Assembly: GCA_027317865.1 (NCBI GenBank)
Contig: DAHVQG010000003.1
Location: 128,001 to 192,000 of the forward strand
Direction of reading: 5' to 3'
DNA: 64,000 nt
Source: Bdellovibrionales bacterium
GTDB taxonomy: Bacteria > Bdellovibrionota > Bdellovibrionia > Bdellovibrionales > UBA1609
Shown: positions 49,657 to 59,066 of the stretch, piece by piece
How the letters are laid out: each line of letters starts with the position of its first letter
How positions within the stretch are numbered: the first letter of the stretch is position 1
Position numbers and translations under genes: made by a program
Notes under the pieces: generated by a model
The model's input: only the letters and a program-made list of their open reading frames with translations
What the model was told of the DNA's origin: nothing
Database searches by the model: none

Positions 49657-50319
49657 TTAGGCTGCCGATTGACGGCGTAATTTTTCACGCAATTCTTGCA
49701 CTTCGGCTCTCAGACGTTCGTTTTCTTGCACCAAATCTCGGATCTTTTTTTGAAGTAATTCGGCTGAGTTAATCGCTTTAGCTGCCGGTTGCGCGGTAGG
49801 TATTGAGCGCTCGCTTGTAACAGCGGGGGTGAGGGGAACTGCGGCTTGCGCCAGAAGTTCTTCGATATTTTCAGAAATGATTAATTCAGGAGCGAACTTT
49901 TCGGCTCGCAAGCGGCCGTCGAGCATCATCGCCCGCGCCTCTTCGATAATTTTCAAAAATGCGGCCGAGATTTCGGCTGGCGACGGGGAATTTGTTTTAA
50001 AAAGATCGTCAATTGTCCGTTTTTGGGCGTGGGTGTGAGTTTGTAATAGGCGGCTGCTCTGCTCACTGCTTAAGCCGTGCATGGCCGTCGCAAGAGTTAA
50101 TACGGCTAGGCCCTTAGAAACTTCGGCGATTGTGTTGTCGTTCCAGTTCAACATTTTTTCGATTGTAAGCATTTTTTCGCGCACGGCGCGCGCCCACCGA
50201 GGATCTTCGCCTTCTATGATGTTTAAAAAATTATCCTGCTTTTGTTTACCGCAGGTTTCGATTAGCTGAATAAGTTGTATAAAGCCGCCTGGCCTTTGGT
50301 AGCGCGATAACATACCCAT
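49657..50319 (-). CDS. FliG C-terminal-like domain protein with terminal coiled coil
   Basis: EDP.WA..VREKMLT.E..L...D..I, LA.A..G, KII..AR.M...G.L pattern resembling FliG_C. Confidence 0.6.
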   Translation of the reverse strand: MGMLSRYQRPGGFIQLIQLIETCGKQKQDNFLNIIEGEDPRWARAVREKMLTIEKMLNWNDNTIAEVSKGLAVLTLATAMHGLSSEQSSRLLQTHTHAQKRTIDDLFKTNSPSPAEISAAFLKIIEEARAMMLDGRLRAEKFAPELIISENIEELLAQAAVPLTPAVTSERSIPTAQPAAKAINSAELLQKKIRDLVQENERLRAEVQELREKLRRQSAA

Positions 50320-50347
50320 CGATTTGCTCCCGAATCCCGTCTAAAAT

Positions 50348-50375
50348 ACATCGGCACATTGGCGCCTAAACTCAA
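50348..50375 (-). promoter_or_regulatory. Putative sigma28 (FliA) promoter
   Basis: Minus strand TTGAG-N15-GCCGATGT, upstream of the FliG_C-like gene. Confidence 0.4.
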
Positions 50376-50426
50376 GGCCGGTTGAATTAAATGTTGCCGG
50401 CTGAGCTAAATCATTCAAAGTTTCAA

Positions 50427-51464
50427 CTAGCGATGGTGGCGCGGCACAAAATGATGATGTAAATGCGGATGTGGTCGGTAATATTTGCGATAGACGTGGC
50501 GTCCGCTACCCTCTAGAGCTTTGGCGGTCGGTTTGTGCATGCGCATGGTTGGTGCGTTTCGCCATAAATTCGCGACTACAAATGTATCGATTTGATCGAT
50601 GTTTTTGACTTTGCGTTGTCTTAAATTTTGGTACAGTGCTGGGTTATGCGCGCGAATATCCGCCATAACCGACTTAAACGCTCGCCTTTGCAATTTGTGT
50701 AGTTCTTGTTGTTGCGCTTTCGGCAATTTCGCTATGGCCCGCTTGCTGATTTTGACTTCAGATTGTCGATGAATTTTAGCTAACTCGCTTCGTGTCGTCT
50801 GAATGACACGCGGAGCTGAATGAGATTTTGTGCTCGAATCGGCAGAAAAACCGGTTTTCACAGTTACGATCTGCGACGGATCTTTGGCGTTACGAAAAGC
50901 CACTGCTCCCCGCAAGACCGTCAGTTCTGTGCCGATATTGGCGTTCGACCGGGTGAAAAAGTCAGTTCCGCGTACGCCGGCGATCGCGTCGGGTGTCACA
51001 ATGCGAAGGTGGTTGCGCGGCCCCACTTTTGAAATAAGCGCGCGGAACCTACCGTAAAACATTTTGAGCATGGAATTGGCGTGGACATTCTGATGCGGAT
51101 TGTTTTGAGTTGCGGCATTTTTCAAATCAACCGGCAAAACAAACGAGCTGGCTTTGCCGATAAAAAAAGTGTCGCCATTCGGATAAACGATTCTGATTTT
51201 TCCGTTTGTGCCACTGAGTACGATTTCACCTGGGCTTAGCTTTTGGCCGATTTTTGCAAGATGATAGACGTATTTCTTTCCGTGCAATTTCGCAAATGGA
51301 CCGTGGGCACCCGCTTGCGGTAGATGCAGAATTTTAACGTCACCTTGAACGGCGAGTATAGTCCCGACAAAAGTCTGCGCAAGGGCCGCCGACCCGGCAC
51401 ACAAAAATCCGGCACAAAGAAGTTCGACAATAATCACGTTGATGCGGTTAAGATGTAATTTCAT
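50427..51464 (-). CDS. Secreted FecR-domain protein with His-rich tail
   Basis: V.GDV, G..V.SG..G, TPDAIAGVRGTDF, V..G.V; ends RPHPHLHHHFVPRHHR. Confidence 0.8.
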   Translation of the reverse strand: MKLHLNRINVIIVELLCAGFLCAGSAALAQTFVGTILAVQGDVKILHLPQAGAHGPFAKLHGKKYVYHLAKIGQKLSPGEIVLSGTNGKIRIVYPNGDTFFIGKASSFVLPVDLKNAATQNNPHQNVHANSMLKMFYGRFRALISKVGPRNHLRIVTPDAIAGVRGTDFFTRSNANIGTELTVLRGAVAFRNAKDPSQIVTVKTGFSADSSTKSHSAPRVIQTTRSELAKIHRQSEVKISKRAIAKLPKAQQQELHKLQRRAFKSVMADIRAHNPALYQNLRQRKVKNIDQIDTFVVANLWRNAPTMRMHKPTAKALEGSGRHVYRKYYRPHPHLHHHFVPRHHR

Positions 51465-51519
51465 AATAAAAAAGCGTCACTGAAAGTCAGCACACAGTCA
51501 AGCGGTTAGGAGCGATGTT

Positions 51520-52305
51520 ATGGTTGCGAAGCGAATGGTAAAGCAATTGCTAGTAATGGGTACGGTGGTTGTGTTCGCTGCCGCGCCGGCTCTCGCCGAC
51601 AATATCAATGACGTTTTAAACGATGCAAAACTGAGTTACCCCGAACTTGAAGTTACTCCGCGAGCTTCGGCTCGGCTTAAAATGGAGGCGCGCGCCGAAA
51701 TCTATAATCACTGGGAGCTTCACATACCCGTTCAAAGTTCGGCGCTTTTGACTCTTGCGGCGGCAATAAGTGCTCAACCAAGAGCTAATCTTTCATCATC
51801 CCAACAGTCAGCATTTGATTCCTCAAAGCAAATCGCCATAGGCGTCGGCGTGGGGTGGCTCGCTATAACCCTGGGGCTATCAGCCTGGTATCGCCCGTAT
51901 CTTTCCGGTTATCGTGAAATCGCCAGAATGCCGAACAAAACGGAGCGGCAACAATTGACGCGCGAGCGCCTGGCTGAAGAAGCTTTGTATGCCCCCGAAG
52001 ACCTTGCGATTAAAATTAAATGGTTTTCATTTGTGTCGAATCTCGCCGCGAACGTTGCGGTCATGACGAATGCCGACAAATCGTCACAGGGTTTTTTGGC
52101 CGTTGCGGCTTTTGCCTCACTCGCACCGATTTTGTTCCCCTATCGATGGGAGACGGTTGCGGAGTTGCAGCGCAAGTATTTAAAACGAATTTATGGACCG
52201 GTGACAAGCGCGGTCTTGATGCCGGTGGAGGTTGCTAATTCTTCGCGGGCGCCAGATTCAGCTGTACGATACTCGCCGGGAGTCGAGATGCAATGGACTT
52301 TCTAA
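51520..52305 (+). CDS. Exported/membrane hypothetical protein
   Basis: Signal peptide, hydrophobic segments, C-terminal aromatic (QWTF); AGGAG SD. Confidence 0.7.
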   Translation: MVAKRMVKQLLVMGTVVVFAAAPALADNINDVLNDAKLSYPELEVTPRASARLKMEARAEIYNHWELHIPVQSSALLTLAAAISAQPRANLSSSQQSAFDSSKQIAIGVGVGWLAITLGLSAWYRPYLSGYREIARMPNKTERQQLTRERLAEEALYAPEDLAIKIKWFSFVSNLAANVAVMTNADKSSQGFLAVAAFASLAPILFPYRWETVAELQRKYLKRIYGPVTSAVLMPVEVANSSRAPDSAVRYSPGVEMQWTF

Positions 52306-53182
52306 ATATGCCCGGTTTCAAATTATAAAACGTATCTTTTGAGATATTTTCGGCAAATGCGACGGATTGTACAGCGGGTAGACCAAGTCCGCCGTTTGTG
52401 ATCGCATAGTTATATGCCGTGATAAAATTGTCGGCAGCTTCCGGCCCTTGTGCAACCACATTGTCTGCAATTTTGAGCGCCGTTGCAATGGGGGCAGCCG
52501 GGCCCTTACTTGAAGTTAGAAAGCGATATAGTTTTATAAACTGGCCGGCAATTAGTGCATCAAAGTTTTCGGCCCGTTTTACTACGCGTGCGGCAATAAT
52601 ACCGCAAAGCGGTTTGGAGTAATTCATGCCTTTGCTGCTGTCACAAAATTTTACGAGTTTAACAAAATCTTTAGCAGCTATACGAGGGTCGCCGGTGTAA
52701 TTTGTTGCGAGCGCATTAGCGAGAATCAATGACGTGCGATAATCGAGATTCAGATATTTAGTTAAATAACTTCGGGTGAAAACCAAAACGAAGGTATCGC
52801 TGTAAGCTTGGGGGCGGTTTGCGAGTTCAACGGCAATCTTTATAGCGTCGTGCGTGCCCGAACCGGATTTCGATAAAACTTCGAACACTTTCACAAAACG
52901 TCCCGCTGCGCCTGAGCAGCCTTTTGCCACCTGACTTGCGACGTCGAACATTTGCTCCCGAGTGAGTGCTAAATCCGGGTGCTTTTGTAAATATTCAAAT
53001 GTTGTTATGAACTCTCGCGCTGAAGAGCAACGTTCAGGCACTTGGCTTGCTTTTAGCAGTTTAGTATCGAGATGTGCTGTCGTGAGGTCCTTCAAAGATG
53101 CCGCTTGGGCGACACGTGTAGGCGCAAGCGAAAAGATACTAAAAGCGAAAACGCAACAAAGCGTGCGAAGTATAAATTTCAC
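52235..53182 (-). CDS. Secreted helical-repeat hypothetical protein
   Basis: Signal peptide; recurring A..F...F..L and A..IA units; 71-nt convergent overlap with the previous gene. Confidence 0.7.
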   Translation of the reverse strand: MKFILRTLCCVFAFSIFSLAPTRVAQAASLKDLTTAHLDTKLLKASQVPERCSSAREFITTFEYLQKHPDLALTREQMFDVASQVAKGCSGAAGRFVKVFEVLSKSGSGTHDAIKIAVELANRPQAYSDTFVLVFTRSYLTKYLNLDYRTSLILANALATNYTGDPRIAAKDFVKLVKFCDSSKGMNYSKPLCGIIAARVVKRAENFDALIAGQFIKLYRFLTSSKGPAAPIATALKIADNVVAQGPEAADNFITAYNYAITNGGLGLPAVQSVAFAENISKDTFYNLKPGIFRKSIASRLPASIVQLNLAPAKN

Positions 53183-53326
53183 TCTTTTGATATCGGTTTA
53201 ACTGCGCAATCGCCCGATGGCCTATCGTCGAGCTGTAGTGCGTTATTTGTCGCGGCGCTAATGTAAAACAAATAATCGCAGCATAGTCTTGTGCCGTGAA
53301 CTCTAGTTGCGCGAGGATGCGAGATT

Positions 53327-54067
53327 ATGATTGAACTACCAATTGTAGAATACTTGCGGGGGCAGCCGGTGACCGGGCGAAAGATTTATATAATTGAAGA
53401 CGAACAAGATATTTCGGAGTTGATGCGGTTTAATTTGTCGCTTGAAGGTTTTGCAGTCGAAACTTTTTCTACGGGCGAAGCCGGGCTAAAAGCGATCGAA
53501 GAAAACGCTCCGGATCTGCTGATTCTCGATATCATGCTCCCCGGTATGAGCGGGCTCGAAATTTGCCGGCAATTAAAAGAAGGGCAAAACACAAAAAAAA
53601 TTCCAACTATTATTGTCTCTGCGCGTGGCGAAGAGGCCGATGTCGTGCGCGGTCTTGAAATAGGCGCGGACGACTACGTAACAAAACCGTTTAGCCCCAA
53701 AGTGTTGCACGCGCGGGTTGAAGCGGTTTTACGGCGCGGGCAAGAGGCGCGAAAAGCGGCTGAAGTGGTTCAAATCGGCGGACTTACGATCAATGCCGGT
53801 CGTGTCGAGGTGCTTGTTGACGGTGAAAAAGTCAGTCTCACCCAATCCGAATTTCGGATTCTACATTTTTTAGCGCAACGACCCGGCTGGGTCTATACGC
53901 GCTCACAAATCGTTGAAGCCATTCGCGGCGAAAACTATTCAGTCACCGACCGTACGATCGATTTTCAAATGGTGGGCTTACGAAAAAAACTGGGCTCAGT
54001 GGGGCATCTGATTGAAACGGTTCGGGGAGTAGGGTATCGGTTCAGAGATTCGGAACCTAATTTGTGA
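53327..54067 (+). CDS. phoB: PhoB-like response regulator
   Basis: LDIMLPGMSG, GLEIGADDYVTKPFS, RTID, ETVRGVGY; paired with a PhoR-like kinase. Confidence 0.75.
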   Translation: MIELPIVEYLRGQPVTGRKIYIIEDEQDISELMRFNLSLEGFAVETFSTGEAGLKAIEENAPDLLILDIMLPGMSGLEICRQLKEGQNTKKIPTIIVSARGEEADVVRGLEIGADDYVTKPFSPKVLHARVEAVLRRGQEARKAAEVVQIGGLTINAGRVEVLVDGEKVSLTQSEFRILHFLAQRPGWVYTRSQIVEAIRGENYSVTDRTIDFQMVGLRKKLGSVGHLIETVRGVGYRFRDSEPNL

Positions 54068-55368
54068 ACGACCGACGGCAACCCGCGAAATCACGACAAT
54101 TTTTTTGGCAAATTTTTGCCGCACTCAGCGGCCTGAGCGTCTGTTCGCTTTTAGCGGCTTATTTCATTGCGCCGTCTGATCCGAAACTTTTGCGAGCTTT
54201 AATGATTTTGCTCCCTGTGCAATTCGTTGTCTCTGTGATACTGGCCCTGCGATTGCGGCGACCCGTAGATGTCTTGCGTTTGGCTTTGCAGCGTATTCGC
54301 TTGCAACTTCGACACCGAATTCAAATGTTGTCGGCGCAAAAAAATGAACAAGACGCTTTGTTATCGTCAATGGCCGAGGGTGTGGTCGCCATCGATGCAG
54401 AAATGCGGATTATACAGGTTAATCGTGCGGCAGCCCGAATCTTGCAACTTGATCCGAAAGCCGCAGTGGGCTGTTTGTTGCACGATTTAATTCAAGAGCC
54501 ATCGGTTATCGAACTCATTGAAACGGTCCGGCGCGATAATCAATCAGCAGAGCGCGACATCGAGCTCAAGGGCGATCGTTCGCGCCATTTGCAGGTGCAA
54601 GCCGGTCCCATGAATTTTGACGCCAAAGCGGCCGGGGTGGTGGTCGTGTTTTCAGATGTAACTCGTATGCGAGAACTTGAGGGTATGCGCCGCAATTTTG
54701 TTTCTAACGTTTCGCACGAACTGCGCACGCCGCTGACGTCGATACAGGGTTTCGCCGAGACTTTGCTCAATCCGGCGGTAAAAGACCCCGAAGAAGTTCG
54801 CAAATTCTTGCAGATTATTCAACGTCATGCCACCCGTCTCGGCCGCATCATCGACGACATACTGACACTTTCGAGTCTCGAGCGTGATGCTGAAAATAAT
54901 CAAATTGAACTTAAAATTGATTTGATTCGGCCCGTCCTGCAGGCGGCTGTCGAACTATGCGGCAAAAAGGCCGAGGTTAAAAAAATCAAAATCGAATTGA
55001 CGTGTGCCGAAGAGATTTCAGCTCCAATTGATACGCATCTACTTGAACAAGCCGTGATCAACCTAGTTGACAATGCCGTCCGCTATAGCGATGAAGGCCA
55101 GCCGATTCGTGTTGAAGCTGAGCAAGTTGGGTCTGAAATTTTCATTCGTGTGATCGACCATGGAATTGGCATTCCTGAAAAACAATTGCCGCGGATTTTT
55201 GAACGTTTTTACCGTGTCGACAAAGCCCGCAGCCGCGAACTCGGTGGCACAGGCTTAGGGCTATCAATTGTTAAACATATTGCGCTCGCACACAAAGGGA
55301 GCGTTGAGGTACAGAGCCAGGTCGGTGAGGGGAGCCAATTTACAATTCGGCTACCCTCATCTCAGTAG
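54064..55368 (+). CDS. phoR: PhoR-like PAS sensor histidine kinase
   Basis: TM, PAS, FVSNVSHELRTPLTSIQGFAETL, FERFYRVDKARSRELGGTGLGL. Confidence 0.8.
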   Translation: MNDRRQPAKSRQFFWQIFAALSGLSVCSLLAAYFIAPSDPKLLRALMILLPVQFVVSVILALRLRRPVDVLRLALQRIRLQLRHRIQMLSAQKNEQDALLSSMAEGVVAIDAEMRIIQVNRAAARILQLDPKAAVGCLLHDLIQEPSVIELIETVRRDNQSAERDIELKGDRSRHLQVQAGPMNFDAKAAGVVVVFSDVTRMRELEGMRRNFVSNVSHELRTPLTSIQGFAETLLNPAVKDPEEVRKFLQIIQRHATRLGRIIDDILTLSSLERDAENNQIELKIDLIRPVLQAAVELCGKKAEVKKIKIELTCAEEISAPIDTHLLEQAVINLVDNAVRYSDEGQPIRVEAEQVGSEIFIRVIDHGIGIPEKQLPRIFERFYRVDKARSRELGGTGLGLSIVKHIALAHKGSVEVQSQVGEGSQFTIRLPSSQ

Positions 55369-55378
55369 AAATTTGGTA

Positions 55379-55729
55379 TTATTCGCACTTAAATCCGGCT
55401 TTAGTCAAATTCTTGCGGATTTCGTTTTGAACATCGGCGCAATGGTGGGATTTCGGTCCGCCACTGGCGATTTCTTTTGTTTTGCCCCATTTGGTATATT
55501 CGACAATGCAACGGTCTTTGCTTAGCGCGACCGTGGCCACGCGTTTGTCTTTACCTTTTGAACAAGTGAGAGTCATGGTCGAAGTTCCGCTTTTGGTCAT
55601 TGAGTGTTTAGCTGTTTTAGCAGCTTTCATTGTCGCGACCGGCTTCGCGCCCATCGTTTTTTTTGTTTTCATCGAAGAACAACCAGCTAACAGCGCAGCG
55701 GCTGCAAGCGATGCCAAGATGATTTTCAT
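55379..55729 (-). CDS. Small Lys-rich lipoprotein with two likely disulfides
   Basis: Lipobox LAGC; C...C...C...C pattern; AAGGAG SD. Confidence 0.8.
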   Translation of the reverse strand: MKIILASLAAAALLAGCSSMKTKKTMGAKPVATMKAAKTAKHSMTKSGTSTMTLTCSKGKDKRVATVALSKDRCIVEYTKWGKTKEIASGGPKSHHCADVQNEIRKNLTKAGFKCE

Positions 55730-55756
55730 GTTGAATATCTCCTTGCTAAATTTGTT

Positions 55757-55936
55757 TTATTTGATTTCGCGATGAAGAGTGTGTTTGCGCATATGCGGAT
55801 TGTATTTCTTTTTCTCTAAGCGCTCAGGATGATTTTGAAAGTTTTTACGAGTTGTGTAACGAGACGGCGGTACACCCGCGGCGCGAGCCTCAGTACATTC
55901 AAGCGTAATAATTCGCACTTTACCTTTTTTAGCCAT
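55757..55936 (-). CDS. rpmG: 50S ribosomal protein L33 (59 aa; absent from ORF track)
   Basis: Manual translation [66 protein letters not shown]. Confidence 0.95.
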   Translation of the reverse strand: MAKKGKVRIITLECTEARAAGVPPSRYTTRKNFQNHPERLEKKKYNPHMRKHTLHREIK

Positions 55937-55974
55937 AAATTCACCTGCTGATGGGGCATAACGTACCCGAACGG

Positions 55975-56766
55975 TTATTCAACGACAAGAGAAATTTCGC
56001 GCTTGTATTTCTGAATAGTGCTTCGAAACCCATAGTATAGGGATTCGGCAATGAACGCGTGACCGATCGAAACTTCGATTATCTGCGGGACTGAATCCAG
56101 GAGTGCCCCAAGATTTATCGAGTTGAGGTCATGACCGGCGTTTACGGTGACCCCAATGGTCTCCGCCTTTACCGCTGCTTGTTGGTACACCCGAATAGTT
56201 GAACTATGGGAGCGGCTTTTAAAATCATGCGCATAGCGCTCGGTATAAAGCTCGATGCGATCCGGTTTTAACCGCGCCAAGGCGGACATTTCACGCTGAG
56301 AAAACGTAAACGGGTCGACAAAAAGTGAAGAGCGAACATGAAACTTGCGTAATGTTTCTAGTATCTTATGTAAAAATCGCTCGTTTTGGTTTAGTCGCCA
56401 ACCGGCATTCGACGTAAGCGCTTGTGGCGGGTCGGGCACCAAAGTTGCCTGGTCGGGCTTCACGCGTTTGATAAGATCCAAGTAGTGTGAGCTGGGGTAG
56501 CCCTCAATATTGAACTCAATTTTCTTTTTAGACGAACGCCGCAGATTGATTTTTTTTAACAGTGCCGCCAAGGCGTAAACATCGCTTATACGGATATGGC
56601 GCTCATCCGGTCGCGGATGAACCGTAATACCTTCGGCGCCGAATTTGATGAGGTCTTTGGCACACGCAACCACATCGGGGACGTTACCGCCGCGTGAATT
56701 GCGAAGGGTCGCAATTTTATTGACGTTAATGCTTAATTTGCAGTTCGGTCGCTGGTCGGGCTTCAT
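55975..56766 (-). CDS. pdxJ: Pyridoxine 5'-phosphate synthase
   Basis: [43 protein letters not shown]. Confidence 0.95.
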   Translation of the reverse strand: MKPDQRPNCKLSINVNKIATLRNSRGGNVPDVVACAKDLIKFGAEGITVHPRPDERHIRISDVYALAALLKKINLRRSSKKKIEFNIEGYPSSHYLDLIKRVKPDQATLVPDPPQALTSNAGWRLNQNERFLHKILETLRKFHVRSSLFVDPFTFSQREMSALARLKPDRIELYTERYAHDFKSRSHSSTIRVYQQAAVKAETIGVTVNAGHDLNSINLGALLDSVPQIIEVSIGHAFIAESLYYGFRSTIQKYKREISLVVE

Positions 56767-56867
56767 AAGACGGTGCAGGTTTACCTAACATCTCACACAA
56801 CAGCAAGTTCTCACGACAAAAGGCGGTGGGGAATGCCCATGAAAAGGGTTCATGATAGTATTTTTAA

Positions 56868-57314
56868 ATGGCCAATAAATTACTTCGATCCAGCGTGGGT
56901 TGGGCCGGCCGCGAAGAAGCGACCCTTACAGTTGAACTAACTGTCGATGAAAACATCGTGAAAGCTCAACTTCACGGAATCGGTGGCCCCGAATTTTTAC
57001 AGGCCCTTTGTGCGTTGCGCTCCCAACTCGTCGGTGACTGGAACAAAGTGAAACTGCCATTAGGGGCGACGTTTAGTGCAATCCTTTTGCGCGAACTTTT
57101 ATTGAAAGCGCGTGGCGAATGGAACTTTCCGTACACGGAAGATGAAACGTGCCACTGCCGGGTTGTTCCCACTGAAATTGTCGATCAGGCGATATGCCTT
57201 GGGGCCCATACGCCAGCGAAAGTGAGCGCAATGACATCGGCGAGCACGGCCTGCGGCAGTTGCCGTCCCGATGTTGAAGCGATGATTCGCTACCGTCTGG
57301 GGCGCGCGGGTTGA
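56868..57314 (+). CDS. BFD-like [2Fe-2S]-binding protein with degenerate NifU_N-like N-terminus
   Basis: CHC...CGSC cluster ligands in the C-terminal half. Confidence 0.75.
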   Translation: MANKLLRSSVGWAGREEATLTVELTVDENIVKAQLHGIGGPEFLQALCALRSQLVGDWNKVKLPLGATFSAILLRELLLKARGEWNFPYTEDETCHCRVVPTEIVDQAICLGAHTPAKVSAMTSASTACGSCRPDVEAMIRYRLGRAG

Positions 57315-57336
57315 AATGTTCGCACAGTTAACTTAT

Positions 57337-58365
57337 TTACCCGAATCGTCTTTGAGGTGAATCGAGACGCGAAAGTATTTGCGCCACGACGCGGTCACGA
57401 ATTTCGCGGTAAGAACCGCGAATTTCAGCTCCTGCGGCGTACATGTGGCCTCCGCCACCGAAATTTTCGGCTATCCCGAGAACCTCGACGGGGCCTTTAG
57501 AGCGCAAACTCATTTTATATAGGTTGGGGCCATCTTCGCGAAAAATCGCCGCTGCGAGTACGCTTTTAATGCTCATAACCATATCGATGACGTCGCGGGA
57601 GTCGTCCATATCAAGATCGTGATCGGCCAGGTCTTTAAGAGATAAGTTTAATATGGCGATGCGGTCATCCGCCAGGTATTCCACTTCGCTTAAAACTTTA
57701 CCTAGATAGGTCACTTTCTTTTTTGTGTAATTGGCAAAGAGCGCGCGATGAATTTTTTCCGCTTGTCGTTCGAACTCCAATAGTTCGGCGCAGATCAGAT
57801 GGGTGTTCCCCGAGTTTTTCACAAATTTGAAAATCTGGGTGTCAAATGCGAGTGACGTATAGAGGGCGCGCGCAATTTTTTCGTCCAAACGGATGCCCAG
57901 TTGTTTGATTAAAAAGAACGCAATTTCACCCGTGCTGGCTGCTGAAGTATCAATGAATGATCCCGGTGTGGGTTCTGGCCCTTGGTTTAAAATGGGATGG
58001 TGATCAATAAAAATAATTTCATGACATTTCTTTTCAAGTTCTGAATATAACGGTTCAACTAGTCTTCGGTCGTTGGTGTCGAAGATCATAGCTAGGTCCG
58101 TCTGTGCGATCGTATTTTTGAGTTGATCGTAGCGTTCGAGGTGAACTTCGGGCTCTAAAAACGAATATTTTCTAGGAATTTCGTCGACGGCGACAACCCG
58201 CACGATCTTATTGTACTTCTTTAAAGCGTGAAAAAGACCCAACATTGCGCCAAGACCGTCCCCGTCGCACTGTTTGTGAGTCGTTAAAACGATAGTTTTC
58301 GCCTGTTGGATTTTTTTCGAAATGCTTGTGACGTTAAGATTATTGAATCGCGCCAGTGAGTCCAT
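57337..58365 (-). CDS. DHH/DHHA1 phosphoesterase (NrnA-like)
   Basis: H..CDGDG, FD, IDHH, DT, S.RS, GGGGH..AAG. Confidence 0.9.
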   Translation of the reverse strand: MDSLARFNNLNVTSISKKIQQAKTIVLTTHKQCDGDGLGAMLGLFHALKKYNKIVRVVAVDEIPRKYSFLEPEVHLERYDQLKNTIAQTDLAMIFDTNDRRLVEPLYSELEKKCHEIIFIDHHPILNQGPEPTPGSFIDTSAASTGEIAFFLIKQLGIRLDEKIARALYTSLAFDTQIFKFVKNSGNTHLICAELLEFERQAEKIHRALFANYTKKKVTYLGKVLSEVEYLADDRIAILNLSLKDLADHDLDMDDSRDVIDMVMSIKSVLAAAIFREDGPNLYKMSLRSKGPVEVLGIAENFGGGGHMYAAGAEIRGSYREIRDRVVAQILSRLDSPQRRFG

Positions 58366-58373
58366 TTTCCTGC

Positions 58374-58401
58374 TTATCGGTAAAATCGAGCGTTTAATTT
58401 A
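58374..58401 (-). promoter_or_regulatory. Putative sigma28 promoter for the DHH gene
   Basis: Minus strand TAAA-N16-ACCGATAA. Confidence 0.4.
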
Positions 58402-58461
58402 AAATGGCCGATACTTGCGCCACGGGCAAGTTACAATGTGTGACGGTCTTTTACTTTGGCC

Positions 58462-58489
58462 TTGTCACGGTTGAACTTTTCACTATAAT
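58462..58489 (+). promoter_or_regulatory. Putative sigma70 promoter of greA
   Basis: TTGTCA-N16-TATAAT. Confidence 0.55.
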
Positions 58490-58546
58490 ACTCGCTTCAT
58501 ATTTCGTATCTTGACGCTATACAATATACAAGGAGACATCCAAATA

Positions 58547-59026
58547 ATGAGCGCTGAACGTCAACCAATGACCCAAGAAGGAAAAACGAAGCTTGAAAAA
58601 GAGCTTTATCAATTAATTCACGTCGAACGTCCAAGCATAATCAAGGCTATTGAAGAGGCACGGTCAAACGGCGACCTATCTGAAAATGCGGATTATGATG
58701 CAGCCAAAGAGCGGCAAGCCTTTTGTGAAGCACGGATCAGCGATTTACAGTCGAAAATCGCCAACGCTGAAGTCGTTGACACGGCTCGCCTTCGGTCTGA
58801 CAAAATCATTTTCGGAGCTCATGTGAAACTCCTAGATGTCGAAGCCGACGACGAAAAAACATTTCAAATCGTTGGTGAAGAAGAATCAGACGTGAATCTC
58901 GGCCGGATTTCGGTTTTTTCGCCGCTCGCAAGGGCCATCATCGGCAAGAAAAAAGGCGATGTTATTGAATTTAAAAGTCCAAAGGGCGAAAAAGAATATG
59001 AGGTCCTGGATTTTTTCTTTAAATAA
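58547..59026 (+). CDS. greA: Transcription elongation factor GreA
   Basis: GDLSENADY.AAKE.Q, IS..SPLARA; AGGAG SD. Confidence 0.95.
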   Translation: MSAERQPMTQEGKTKLEKELYQLIHVERPSIIKAIEEARSNGDLSENADYDAAKERQAFCEARISDLQSKIANAEVVDTARLRSDKIIFGAHVKLLDVEADDEKTFQIVGEEESDVNLGRISVFSPLARAIIGKKKGDVIEFKSPKGEKEYEVLDFFFK

Positions 59027-59066
59027 TAGGGGCAAGGGCTTTTTGGGTGAGCTCTAAGGAGCGTGC

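Noticed and set aside
52235-52305. 71-nt convergent overlap as a sign of frameshift or antisense control
   Set aside because: Both ORFs end in plausible tails, and short convergent overlaps are frequent in this window.
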